A stretch of 64,000 nucleotides of DNA, taken from assembly GCA_963752505.1 (NCBI GenBank), contig CAVVYM010000003.1:28840-92839 (forward strand), in the 5' to 3' direction. Of the stretch, positions 1-9,107 are shown piece by piece. The DNA is from an uncultured Actinomycetes bacterium (lineage in GTDB: Bacteria > Actinomycetota > Actinomycetes > S36-B12 > UBA10799). Positions within the stretch are counted from its first letter, which is position 1. The number at the start of each line of letters is the position of its first letter. The position numbers and the translations under genes were made by a program. The notes under the pieces are model-generated. The model had not been told where the DNA came from, did no database searches, and saw only the letters and a list, made by a program, of their open reading frames with translations.

Positions 1-429
1 GGCGCAGATAGCACCCAGAAACGTCTGTCCGTCCACGACGTTGCGCCGGAAAATGTGCCGGATGATGAGCACGGGCGCCAAGGCGTACAGCGCGATGTTC
101 ACCACAAAGAGCCCGCGAAGAATGCTGCCGCCGTCAGCGACGGCGCCGGACGAAAACATCAGCGCCAGGAGGACGCCGCCAGCCACGAGGAATGCGAGGC
201 CAGCCACCTTGCGCACTCGAGTCGACTCCGAGACGCTCAGCACCAAGTAGACCGTGAGCAATTGCACCAGGATCACACTTGCTGAGCCGATTTCGTCCCG
301 CTTCACCATGAGGGCCTGAATGTAGGTGATCGCGAGGAGCGAGAGGGCGACTCCGTACCGATTTCGCGCTGAGAAGCGGTGGAGTCGGTCACGGCTTTGG
401 GAGGCCTCGACGGAATCAGCGGACGCCAT
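1..429 (-). CDS. membrane protein, possibly potassium/ion-channel family (N-terminal part; gene runs off the left edge)
   Basis: Absent from the ORF track because there is no stop in the window. My translation from ATG (427-429, minus) gives MASADSVEASQSRDRLHRFSARNRYGVALSLLAITYIQ...IIRHIFRRNVVDGQTFLGAICA. There is no in-frame stop down to position 1, GC3 is high, and several hydrophobic helices are present. The family guess is from memory only. Confidence 0.4.
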   Translation of the reverse strand, partial: MASADSVEASQSRDRLHRFSARNRYGVALSLLAITYIQALMVKRDEIGSASVILVQLLTVYLVLSVSESTRVRKVAGLAFLVAGGVLLALMFSSGAVADGGSILRGLFVVNIALYALAPVLIIRHIFRRNVVDGQTFLGAICA

Positions 430-502
430 GGTGGCAGCCTAGGACGCGTCACGTCGCCGTGTGAGCGGTTTGTCGGCCCGCACGGACTGTTAGCGTCAGT
501 TC

Positions 503-1852
503 ATGGCTGTCGGTGAGCAGTTGCGTGAAGTGGATCTGCTGCGTTATCGCTGGGTGGACTTGGCCAATGTCGTGCGGGCGAAGGGCCTGTTTCTGCCCAC
601 CGTGCGGCGACGGCTTCTGTCGGGCGGAGTGGGCCACGAGCACCACCTCGAGGAGATTCTCGCTACGTCGGTGTCCATCTCGCAGGCGCAATTCAGCCTC
701 CCCGTCGTTGCCGACGCCGTGATCACGGAGGCGGGCCTGCTGCCGGTCAGAGATCTGGTCCTCAAACCTGACCTCGACAGCTTGGTGGTGCTGCCCTATG
801 CCAGTGGTCAGGCTGCTGTGGCGTGCGACGTTGTTGACCGCGGCGAACCCTCCTGGTTGTGCCCGCGCACCTTCCTGCGCCGCGTGAACGCCGATGCACA
901 GCAGCACGGCTGGACGGTACGCGTCGGCATCGAACTCGAGTTCGTCCTTCTACGGGCCCCGGGCCCCGCCGAAACGGAGCAGGTAGTGCCCGCCGACGCG
1001 TCGCCATACGCCGCGGAATTCGCCCTCGACCTGCACGAGGCGTTCATCAACGAGGTCTCTCACGCGCTGCAGTCGCAGGGCGTCATGATTGCCCAGATCC
1101 ATCCGGAATCCGCTCCCGGCCAACTCGAGATCTCGTTGTGGCACCAGGACCCAGTAGCTGCTGCCGACGCCATCGTGACCGCCCGCCAGACGATTCATGC
1201 CGTGGCGCGCAAGCACGCCCTGATCGCCAGTTTCCTGCCGGTCGTCGATCCGGCCGAAGGCGGCTCGGGGATGCACCTGCACTTCTCCCTGACCGGAGAC
1301 GCCGAAGATGGCCTGGGTTCGGACGGGCCCGCCTTCGTCGCCGGCGTGCTGGAGACCCTCCCGGCGCTGCTCGCGGTGACCGCACCCACGCCGATGTCCT
1401 ACGCCCGGTTCCGCCCGCACTTCTGGGCCGGGGCTTTCCATGGCTGGGGCTACGAGAACAAGGAAGTGCCGTTGCGGGTTGCCCGCAACGCCGACGGCAC
1501 GTCGAGAGACGTGGAATACAAGGCCATCGACGCCACCGCCAACCCCTACCTCGCGATTGGCGCCATCATCGCCGCCGGCCTGGCCGGAGCCCGCAGCCTC
1601 GCCCAACCGCCCGCACCGGTAGACGGCGACCCGGGGCTGCTCGGAGCTGCCGAGCGCGAGGCCCTGGGCGCGTCGCCACTTCCCGCCGGCCTTGACGAGC
1701 CGCATGCGGCATTTGCTGCGAGCGCGGTGCTGCGCGAGGCGTTCGGTGAGCGGCTACACGACGTGTTTCGGGTGGTCAAGGGGGAAGAGGCCGCCCAACT
1801 CGAGGCGATAGATCCCGTGGCCCGACGCGCTCTGCTGTTGGAGCGCTACTAG
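503..1852 (+). CDS. glutamine synthetase family protein (GlnA-like gamma-glutamyl ligase)
   Basis: 449-aa ORF with GS catalytic-domain motifs (GIELEFVLL, GSGMHLHFSL, NPYLA). Cannot distinguish true GS from a gamma-glutamyl-polyamine/ethanolamine ligase paralog. Confidence 0.8.
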   Translation: MAVGEQLREVDLLRYRWVDLANVVRAKGLFLPTVRRRLLSGGVGHEHHLEEILATSVSISQAQFSLPVVADAVITEAGLLPVRDLVLKPDLDSLVVLPYASGQAAVACDVVDRGEPSWLCPRTFLRRVNADAQQHGWTVRVGIELEFVLLRAPGPAETEQVVPADASPYAAEFALDLHEAFINEVSHALQSQGVMIAQIHPESAPGQLEISLWHQDPVAAADAIVTARQTIHAVARKHALIASFLPVVDPAEGGSGMHLHFSLTGDAEDGLGSDGPAFVAGVLETLPALLAVTAPTPMSYARFRPHFWAGAFHGWGYENKEVPLRVARNADGTSRDVEYKAIDATANPYLAIGAIIAAGLAGARSLAQPPAPVDGDPGLLGAAEREALGASPLPAGLDEPHAAFAASAVLREAFGERLHDVFRVVKGEEAAQLEAIDPVARRALLLERY

Positions 1853-1862
1853 GGGACTGCGC

Positions 1863-3395
1863 CTAGGTGCGCTGCAACGTTCCCTGGCCGGCCCCGTCGA
1901 ACGTCGACACGGTGATGGCATTCGCTTCCGGACCGTCGCCGAAGTCAAACTCCACGGTGGCGGGAAAATCGGGCAACTCCGGTGCGTCGGTGAAGAGGAA
2001 CACGTCGCCGTTCCAGTGTGCAAGGGCGAACACGCGGTTCTCGGGGCCGACCACAAGCTCTAGGCCGTCCTGACCCTCCCGAATCGTGACCTCGCCGACG
2101 TAGGCGTTGGCGTACGTGCCCACGTAGGCGCTATCGGCCTTGGCCGGATCGGGGCTGTTCGGCGGCTGGCTCAGATCCACGGCCGGTTCGCCGTACAAGC
2201 CGGCGAAGCGTTCGCCCCACATTTCGACATTGCCGTCGATGTTCGCGGCACCGGTCTGCAGATACTCGAGGTATGAGTCCGCGATCGCCTCGGGCACACC
2301 AATGGGGGCGCCGTTGCTGAGCACAACGATTCCCACGTTGTCGCTCGGAATCAGTGACACTGCTGTCGCCGCGCCCGTGGAGAAGGCGCCGGAGTGCGTC
2401 CAGCGGATGGTCCCGGTGTCGTCGGTGAGGACGTTCCAGCCGAGTCCGTAGAAATCGGCCGCAGAGGCCACGGTCGGGCTCGGTGGCCGACTCATCACCT
2501 GAGGCGTGTGCGTCGCATCGAGCGTGTCGGGATCGATGATCTGGTTGCCGTCAAGGTTCCCTTCTGCCAGCGACAGACGCATCCATTGAGCGAGATCCAC
2601 CACGTTCGAACTCATCCCACCCGCTGGCGCCTGAGCATCAGGCATCCGCTCGACGGCCGCCACCCACTCGCCGTCGCGCTGGATGTGCAGGGCGGCCTTG
2701 TTGTCGCGGGCCACGAAATCCGCGTGCGACATGCTGCTCGACGTCATGCCGGCCGGCTCGAAAAGGACCTCTTGGGCGGCCTGCTCCCACGTCGTACCCG
2801 CCGCGCGCGCCGCTGCCTCGCCCGCCATGGTCATGCCGAAGTTTGAGTAGCTGTAGGTGATGCGGAACGGGTCGAGCGGCAGGTAGCGCATCCGCTCCAG
2901 AATCGTCGTCCGGTCGAAGCCCACCGCCTCGAGATCGTTGCCGGCCGCACCGCCGGGAATGCCGCTGCGGTGGGCGAACAGATCCGCGAACGACACGTTC
3001 TGTGTGACGTAGGCGTTGCTCAACTCGAATTCCGGGGCATATTCAACAATGGGATCGTCCCAGGCGAAGACGCCGTCGCCGGCCATGCCAGCCATCACCG
3101 TCGACGACACCGGCTTGGAGAGCGAGGCGATCTGGAACACCGTCTCCGGTTCTACCGGCTCGTCGCCGTCGCTGCGCCGAACACCGAAACCCTTCTGGTA
3201 CACCGTCTCGTCGTCGTACACGACCGCCACGGCGACCCCGGGCACTCCCGTCGTGGCCATCACGGATTCGGTGATCTCGTCGAGGGTGTCGAAAGACGAC
3301 TCGACCGCTGCGCCGACGGAAGACCCGGTTGAACACGAAGTAGCACTCAGCGTGAGCAGCCCGACAGCGGCTGCGGTCAGAAATCTGGCTCCCAT
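1863..3395 (-). CDS. secreted serine hydrolase, beta-lactamase/DD-peptidase (class C-like) family
   Basis: 510 aa with an N-terminal signal peptide containing Cys (LTLSATSCS, possible lipobox). Carries SxxK (ASLSKP), YSN (YSYSNFG) and HSG motifs typical of the PF00144-type fold. Confidence 0.8.
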   Translation of the reverse strand: MGARFLTAAAVGLLTLSATSCSTGSSVGAAVESSFDTLDEITESVMATTGVPGVAVAVVYDDETVYQKGFGVRRSDGDEPVEPETVFQIASLSKPVSSTVMAGMAGDGVFAWDDPIVEYAPEFELSNAYVTQNVSFADLFAHRSGIPGGAAGNDLEAVGFDRTTILERMRYLPLDPFRITYSYSNFGMTMAGEAAARAAGTTWEQAAQEVLFEPAGMTSSSMSHADFVARDNKAALHIQRDGEWVAAVERMPDAQAPAGGMSSNVVDLAQWMRLSLAEGNLDGNQIIDPDTLDATHTPQVMSRPPSPTVASAADFYGLGWNVLTDDTGTIRWTHSGAFSTGAATAVSLIPSDNVGIVVLSNGAPIGVPEAIADSYLEYLQTGAANIDGNVEMWGERFAGLYGEPAVDLSQPPNSPDPAKADSAYVGTYANAYVGEVTIREGQDGLELVVGPENRVFALAHWNGDVFLFTDAPELPDFPATVEFDFGDGPEANAITVSTFDGAGQGTLQRT

Positions 3396-3444
3396 GCGGT
3401 GGCTCCCTGCGGGTGTCCGCCTATCCGGTGACCGGCTGCTTGAG

Positions 3445-3515
3445 AGCGGGTGACGGGAATCGAACCCGCACTGTCAGCTTGGGAAGCTGATGTTCTGCCA
3501 TTGAACTACACCCGC
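3445..3515 (-). tRNA. tRNA-Gly (anticodon CCC)
   Basis: The reverse complement reads GCGGGTG-TA-GTTCAATGGCAGAAC-A-TCAGC-TTCCCAA-GCTGA-CAGT-GCGGGTTCGATTCCCGT-CACCCGC-T. It forms a 7-bp acceptor stem, D/anticodon/T arms and a GTTCGAT T-loop. The anticodon loop is TT-CCC-AA. CCA is not encoded. Confidence 0.9.
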
Positions 3516-3693
3516 AGGGGGCTGATCCTGACTCCGACGAGCAGACCTGCCCAACCAATGTCTCGTGATTATGCCCTCCACCGGTTGGCGGATTGTCTGG
3601 TACCCCCAGGAACGGCCGCCGCGGGTTCGCAGTCGACCACAGGTGCGCAGTGCTGCGTTCCCCAGTGGCACCTCAGCGCCAGCGCGGTCGCTG

Positions 3694-5238
3694 TCATGGC
3701 GCAAGGATCTGCTCCCAGGCCTGCTGAAGCGCTGCGGAATAGTTGTGGCCCACCCCGCTGGGGTAACTCACCGCCTGCGGCAAATCCATCGCCACTTGCA
3801 GGAAGAACAACAGGGGGGTCCAGCGCGTGGCATCGGCCACTCCAGGGCCGCGGGGATCGCTCAACCATGGGGGATCCGACCAGATCAGTCGAGGGCTGAA
3901 CCACACCACCGGATCGGTGGGGTTCTGCAGCACCAAGATCCTGGGTTCACGCCAGGGGCTCGCCTCCGGTGGAGGATCCTGGGTGGATCCTTCGGTTGCG
4001 GCGTATCGGGCGATCAGTCCACCGGCCACGATTGGCTGCCAGACCGGCGGTTCGCCCTGATAGGTCCAATTGGTGATCGGGTCGGTCGCCGCCGGTGGGC
4101 CGACCCAGAGTGCGCCGTCGATGTTCTCGGCGACCTCACTGGGTTCCAGGCCGGCAAACGGTGCGGGCGAACCGTAGGCCCCCAAACTCTCGCCGTAGAG
4201 CACCAAGCGGGGGCGTTGCTCGGCGGGCAGAGCCTCCCGCGCGGCTACTAGCGACTCGTACAGCGCGACACCAGCATCTTTGGCGGCTGGTTGGTCGACC
4301 AGGAAGGCCAACCAGCTCGGCAACGTCGAGTATTGGATGGCCACCAAGGCGGTGTCCCCATCGGCGACCTTCTCGGCCATGGCGGCAGCCACCGGATCCA
4401 CGAATCCGTTGCCGGTGGTGGTGATTCCGATCCATGCTTTGGAGGCGGCTCCACCCGCGCGCAGCATGTCTTGGACCGCGAGGTCGGCTCGGGCGTTCGG
4501 GCTGTCGGCGGAGTTCAGACCTGCGAAGGTCCGAATCGTGTCGTGGTCATCGCCCCCGGCGACGAACTCACGCCCCTGGCGTCCCAAGGTGGACCACTCT
4601 ATGGCGGACGCGGGCGAGCCGGAGCGGGTCGACGAATTCGGCTGGGTTTGGCCGGCTTCACTGGCGTCGATCGAGTCGAAGGCAGCGGAGGTGGCGAGCA
4701 TCCCCGCCGCTCCCAAGCCAACAGCTGCCACGACCACCAATCCCGCCGCCAGCAGGTTGGTGGCCGGAGTGGCCCTTGCCTCAGGGTTGGTCCGGTTGCG
4801 TCTGCGGGCGATACGACGGGAAAGCGCTCGGGTAAGCGATCGAACGCTGCGGGCGAGAAACACCAAAGTGGCTGTGACGGCGAGCCCGATGAGCGTGGAG
4901 AGGAACCACCCCGCGGTGAAGGCCGGTGCGCCGATGCTCGCTGCCTGAGCGGACTCCCAGCGGCTGAATCGAAGCCCGCTCAGCAGCGCCAGTACGGCGG
5001 CAGCCGTCGCGAGCACGGCATACCAGCGGGGTGGCGCCGGGCGCAGCGTGCCGAGTCGTGCCAGGGCCGAGAGTGCTGCCCCGATGGCGTAGCCAGTGGA
5101 CGCGAGTATGCCCAGAGTGATGCCCTGGAACATCGAGCCGGTAGGCAACAGTGAGGGCATCCAGCCCACCACCCAGGCGGCGGAAGCGAGCAGTACCCCC
5201 GTCGCCGACGGTCGCCGCACGTCAGTCCATGAGGCCAA
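3694..5238 (-). CDS. membrane-anchored alpha/beta-hydrolase family protein (Abhydrolase_9-like)
   Basis: 514 aa with N-terminal polytopic hydrophobic segments followed by YGESLGAYG (GxSxG), NPTDPVVWF and GVGHNY motifs. It is a paralog of 61632..63863. The track start at 5238 is TTG and overlaps the upstream gene by 17 nt; GTG at 5220 is an alternative start. Confidence 0.65.
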   Translation of the reverse strand: MASWTDVRRPSATGVLLASAAWVVGWMPSLLPTGSMFQGITLGILASTGYAIGAALSALARLGTLRPAPPRWYAVLATAAAVLALLSGLRFSRWESAQAASIGAPAFTAGWFLSTLIGLAVTATLVFLARSVRSLTRALSRRIARRRNRTNPEARATPATNLLAAGLVVVAAVGLGAAGMLATSAAFDSIDASEAGQTQPNSSTRSGSPASAIEWSTLGRQGREFVAGGDDHDTIRTFAGLNSADSPNARADLAVQDMLRAGGAASKAWIGITTTGNGFVDPVAAAMAEKVADGDTALVAIQYSTLPSWLAFLVDQPAAKDAGVALYESLVAAREALPAEQRPRLVLYGESLGAYGSPAPFAGLEPSEVAENIDGALWVGPPAATDPITNWTYQGEPPVWQPIVAGGLIARYAATEGSTQDPPPEASPWREPRILVLQNPTDPVVWFSPRLIWSDPPWLSDPRGPGVADATRWTPLLFFLQVAMDLPQAVSYPSGVGHNYSAALQQAWEQILAP

Positions 5239-6490
5239 TTTCGCTCATGAATAGCAGGATGGCCGACATCGCGGCTTCACGGGCGAACGGGTCCTTGAGC
5301 TTGGTGGAGCCCAGAGTCGTGTACCAGGGGAAGGTGTCATACGACAGATCCCAGTGGTTCGCGTGGAACATCGACAGCAGTGGTGCGTTAGGCGCCGGCA
5401 GGTGGGCCTGTTCCTGGGTCAGTTGCATGTCGTTGTACTTGTCGTACTTGAGAAGTTCCAGTGTTCCCTGCCGCTGGTAATACGGCACCTCCATGAGGTG
5501 GGTGGACCCAGTGAAGTTGAACATCGGGATACCGAGTTCGGCAATCGCGGCACCGTTCTCTTCCAGGAACTGCTCCCGGTATTCCGTTGTGAGGCTCTGC
5601 AACGCACCCTTGATGTCGTACTCCTCGAGTCGCCGGTTGACGTTGTTGATCTGAATCACCGGAGCCAGGCGGAGCATGAGCTTGCCGATGTCGCCGGAGA
5701 GTGCCTGCACCGTGTCGAAGGCCGGAATGTCCTTGACTTGGTTGTAGATGTCGTTGGCCAGGTAGGAGCCGCCAACGGCGCCCGCCCAGCCGATGACCGC
5801 CTTGATCCGAGGCGCCAGATCGGGTCGCCGGGCGAGCAGGGTCAGGATGTCCGGGGCGCCCTTTGAGTAGCCCATGAGGATCACGTCACCGGGGGCGCTG
5901 GGGTCCTGGTCCTCGGTGATGAACGAGGCGTCAATGGGTGAGACCCCAATCCCCCGTTCGATGACGTTCTCAAGATCCGCGACGTTGGCTTCCGAACTGC
6001 GCATCGGGTGAGAGTCGGAGATCGCGATCTTCACGCGGAACCGGTTCATCACGCGAGGCCACACGGATTGGAAGGCAAGATTTGGCAGCAGCCCGGTCAG
6101 CAGGCCTGGAGCGAAAACCAGAGTGGTGTCGGCAAAACCGCTGGGTTCCGCGAGCGGGAGCTCCTCGGTGATCTCCTGCTCGGAGACGTTGGAGATCATG
6201 CGCTTGGCGACCTTTTCACGGTCGCTGCGTGGGTCCACGAGGTTGATGGGGAACGGTGCTTGGGAGTTCTTCAACGCATCGGTATTCGCTAGCGCCTCGG
6301 TGATGAAGATGTTGCGGTACCGCCGGCCCATCCACTCGTGGATGACCGGGTCGTTGAGGGCCGCCTGCGGATCATCGCGCACAGCCTCGCGCACCAACTT
6401 GATCACTTCGGGGTAGTCCTTACGCGCCATCGCGTAGGTGATGTCACCTGTTTGTTCGACGTTGTCCGCACCAGTGTCGTCGTCAGCCAT
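5222..6490 (-). CDS. putative lipase/esterase-type alpha/beta hydrolase (uncharacterised family)
   Basis: 422 aa with no signal peptide. It has a nucleophile-elbow-like GYSKG and a later HANHWD (candidate His), and sits directly upstream of the membrane hydrolase. The family was not recognised precisely. Confidence 0.5.
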   Translation of the reverse strand: MADDDTGADNVEQTGDITYAMARKDYPEVIKLVREAVRDDPQAALNDPVIHEWMGRRYRNIFITEALANTDALKNSQAPFPINLVDPRSDREKVAKRMISNVSEQEITEELPLAEPSGFADTTLVFAPGLLTGLLPNLAFQSVWPRVMNRFRVKIAISDSHPMRSSEANVADLENVIERGIGVSPIDASFITEDQDPSAPGDVILMGYSKGAPDILTLLARRPDLAPRIKAVIGWAGAVGGSYLANDIYNQVKDIPAFDTVQALSGDIGKLMLRLAPVIQINNVNRRLEEYDIKGALQSLTTEYREQFLEENGAAIAELGIPMFNFTGSTHLMEVPYYQRQGTLELLKYDKYNDMQLTQEQAHLPAPNAPLLSMFHANHWDLSYDTFPWYTTLGSTKLKDPFAREAAMSAILLFMSEIGLMD

Positions 6491-6622
6491 GGGGCAACGG
6501 TAGTGCGTGTCGGGTCTGGATGTGGCTCACTCCAACAACTCTGGGTGGACCTGCCATCGAGGCTCGCCCAGTTGCACTACCCTGGCGGCGTGACCCCGGA
6601 GGCGTTGAAGATCACTGACGAC

Positions 6623-6886
6623 ATGACTCCCACACCCGTAGTCGGGTCGGTTGAAGCTGAAGTGGATGGCGATCTCATCCTGCTCAGTCCACAAGACTTC
6701 TCCTACTTCGGCGCTGCGGGAACAGGCGATGCAGTCTGGAAGCTGATCGACGGCGAGCGCACCGTGGGCGCCATAATTGCGGATCTCGAATCCAACTATG
6801 ACGCTCCCGAGGGGGTCATCCGGTCGGAGACGTTGGAGTTCATCGAAGCGCTCGTAGTGTCCGGATTGATCGAGCCCCTCAACTAG
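6623..6886 (+). CDS. PqqD family protein (RiPP recognition element-type peptide chaperone)
   Basis: The C-terminal 87 aa of ORF 6338..6886 read like PqqD: EVDGDLILLSP...GAAGTGDAVWKLIDGERTVGAIIADLESNYDAP...ETLEFIEALVVSGLIEP. ATG at 6623 was chosen; GTG at 6590 is an alternative. The longer track ORF would overlap the divergent gene. Confidence 0.7.
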   Translation: MTPTPVVGSVEAEVDGDLILLSPQDFSYFGAAGTGDAVWKLIDGERTVGAIIADLESNYDAPEGVIRSETLEFIEALVVSGLIEPLN

Positions 6887-6890
6887 GTCG

Positions 6891-7796
6891 CTAGGCGCTC
6901 GCGAGTTCGTCCTCGAGCGCGACCGGGGCATTGTCGGTTTCCACTGCTGCGACGTCCTGACCCAGCGCGGCCGAGATCGCGCCCAGACGACGCGAGGCCC
7001 TTTCACCCGCGTAGGTGACGAAGTCGGCGACGTCGAGTCCCAGCGGCCTGTCGTAGTTCGAGAGAAAGTCGATCGCGTCCAAGGCCTTCGGCAGCAGATC
7101 CGCCATCGTCTCCTCGACGACCTGCCATAGCGATTCGTCCGCTGCCACGTGACGCCGGCAGGTGAACGTGCCCCAGGCCATGTGGCGCCGCTCATCCTGA
7201 CCGATGTGGCGCACGATCGACTGCATGCCCGGCAGGATCCCGCGTTCCTGGCACACCGTGTTCCAGGCGTGGTAGCCCGTGAGCGCGAGGACGCCTTCGA
7301 CGATGTGGTTGTAGGTCACTGAAGCGCGAATCTGGTTGGCCGGGGAGGGATCGTCGTGCAACGCCCCCAACGCCGATGGAAGAGCGTCGTAGAAGATGGC
7401 GCGGTAGCCCGGGTTGTCGTCCACGAGCGGGTTCAGATCGGTCGTGATTCCCACCGCGTCGAACCACCTTCGGAACGCCTCGGTGTGGCGAGCCTCCTCG
7501 AAGCAGAATTGCGCCAGGTACATCTCGTCGCCCAAGCGGCCTTCGGCGGACATTGCAGCCATGAAGGGCTGGATGTCGTGAGTGACGGCTTCCTCACCGG
7601 CCAGGAACATGGCGCTGAGCCGAGCGGCGGCCTCAAGGTCATCGCCTTCCAGCGTCGCCCAACCGGCTGCCTCAGCTGTCAGGTCGATGTCCTCGGCGTT
7701 CCAGAACATCCTGTTTCCCTTGCGCCACAGGCGTAGCGGTAGCGAATCCCAATCGAGCCCGCCAGCGTCAAGTGCGGCGAATCCTTCCCGTGTCAT
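6891..7796 (-). CDS. R2-like ligand-binding oxidase (ferritin-like Mn/Fe di-metal carboxylate protein, RNR-R2 fold)
   Basis: 301 aa with R2 metal-ligand context (AMFLAGEEAV, FCFEEARHTEAF, later IVEGV and QDERRHMAW). It resembles the M. tuberculosis Rv0233-type R2lox (from memory). Confidence 0.75.
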   Translation of the reverse strand: MTREGFAALDAGGLDWDSLPLRLWRKGNRMFWNAEDIDLTAEAAGWATLEGDDLEAAARLSAMFLAGEEAVTHDIQPFMAAMSAEGRLGDEMYLAQFCFEEARHTEAFRRWFDAVGITTDLNPLVDDNPGYRAIFYDALPSALGALHDDPSPANQIRASVTYNHIVEGVLALTGYHAWNTVCQERGILPGMQSIVRHIGQDERRHMAWGTFTCRRHVAADESLWQVVEETMADLLPKALDAIDFLSNYDRPLGLDVADFVTYAGERASRRLGAISAALGQDVAAVETDNAPVALEDELASA

Positions 7797-7843
7797 GGCT
7801 CGATCCTAGGCAGCACCGCGCTGAATACACACTGCTGCGCGCA

Positions 7844-8434
7844 CTATTTGCTCAACCTGGGCTTGTGCTCCAGGCCGGAGAGTCCGTTCCATGCCAGGTT
7901 CACCAAGTGAGCCGCGAGTTCATCCCGTTTGGGCTTGCGCACGTCGACCCACCAGATGCCGGTGCTGGTCACCATGCCCACCAGCATCTGGGCGTACATG
8001 TCGGCCTGCTTCGGGTTGTAGCCCCGCTTGTCGAACTCCGTCGCGAGTTCACCGGCCACCCGCGCCGCGACGTCGCGCAGCAGCGAAGCGAACGATCCCT
8101 CCGCTATTCCCGGCGCTGAATCGCGCACCAGCAGGCGAAAACCCTCGGTTTCATCGGAGATGTAGTCCAGCCAGGCGAGCACGACAGAGGTGATCATTGC
8201 TTTGGGTCGGTCGGTGGTCAATGCCGCCTGGACCCGCGTGAGCAAGTCGCTCATCTCGCGGTCGACCACGACGGCGTAGAGGCCCTCTTTACCCCCGAAG
8301 TGTTCGTAGACCACGGGTTTGGAGACTGCTGCCTCGGCGGCAACCTCTTCGACCGTCACCGCTTCGAAGCCCTTCTCGGCGAACAGCGAACGTCCGACTC
8401 GAATCAACTGCTCGCGGCGTTCGGTGCCCGACAT
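7844..8434 (-). CDS. TetR family transcriptional regulator
   Basis: From ATG at 8434 the protein reads MSGTERREQLIRVGRSLFAEKGFEAVTVEEVAAEAAVSKPVVYEHFGGKEGLY, a classic TetR N-terminal HTH. The upstream part of the 274-aa track ORF looks non-coding. Confidence 0.85.
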   Translation of the reverse strand: MSGTERREQLIRVGRSLFAEKGFEAVTVEEVAAEAAVSKPVVYEHFGGKEGLYAVVVDREMSDLLTRVQAALTTDRPKAMITSVVLAWLDYISDETEGFRLLVRDSAPGIAEGSFASLLRDVAARVAGELATEFDKRGYNPKQADMYAQMLVGMVTSTGIWWVDVRKPKRDELAAHLVNLAWNGLSGLEHKPRLSK

Positions 8435-8516
8435 GCGCACACGAGGGGGTGTCGTCACCCTGCCTAGTCTGCCGTAGACCAGAGGAGAGGGCCCTGCAAG
8501 CGGTAGCCTCGCTGGC

Positions 8517-9083
8517 GTGATCTTGTCCGACGGCACCATCCGCAGCCTGCTGGCGAGCGGCACCCTCATCATCGAACCCCTCCTGCCCGAGCAGGTGCAG
8601 CCGGCGAGCGTCGACGTGCGCCTGGGCGACGAGTTCCTAGTTTTCCGGAACCACAGCGCCGAGGTCATCGACCCGTTCGAGCGCCCGACGGACCTGATGG
8701 AAACGATTGGCGTCGCCGATGGTCATGCGTTCGTGCTGCACCCGGGCGAATTCGTGCTCGGCACCACGCTGGAGATGATCGGGCTGCCGGACGACCTCGT
8801 GGCCCGGGTTGAGGGCAAGTCCAGTCTTGGCCGGCTGGGGCTGTTGATCCATGCCACGGCCGGTTTCGTCGACCCCGGGTGGTCCCGCGGCCAGATCACC
8901 CTGGAACTGTCGAACGTCGCGACGTTGCCGATCAAGCTCTGGCCGGGCATGAAGATCGGCCAACTCTCCTTCCACACCCTCGACGCGCCCGCTGAAAGGC
9001 CGTACGGGCACCCGGAACTGAACTCCAAGTACGTCGGGCAAGTGGGTCCAGTGGCCTCGGCCTATCAGCGCAACAGCCACTAG
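8517..9083 (+). CDS. dcd: dCTP deaminase
   Basis: 188 aa with a GTG start. Reads ILSDGTIRSLL...IIEPL...QPASVDVRLG...HATAGFVDPGW.G.ITLELSN, typical of Dcd. Confidence 0.9.
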   Translation: MILSDGTIRSLLASGTLIIEPLLPEQVQPASVDVRLGDEFLVFRNHSAEVIDPFERPTDLMETIGVADGHAFVLHPGEFVLGTTLEMIGLPDDLVARVEGKSSLGRLGLLIHATAGFVDPGWSRGQITLELSNVATLPIKLWPGMKIGQLSFHTLDAPAERPYGHPELNSKYVGQVGPVASAYQRNSH

Positions 9084-9107
9084 CGCAGACGAGGCAGATT
9101 CGCGGAC

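Noticed and set aside
3396-3693. tRNA-Gly as an integration hotspot or att site for a mobile element
   Set aside because: No integrase, recombinase or phage gene flanks it, and I found no second copy of the tRNA 3' segment in the window. The 178-nt spacer after it has no detectable ORF or structure.
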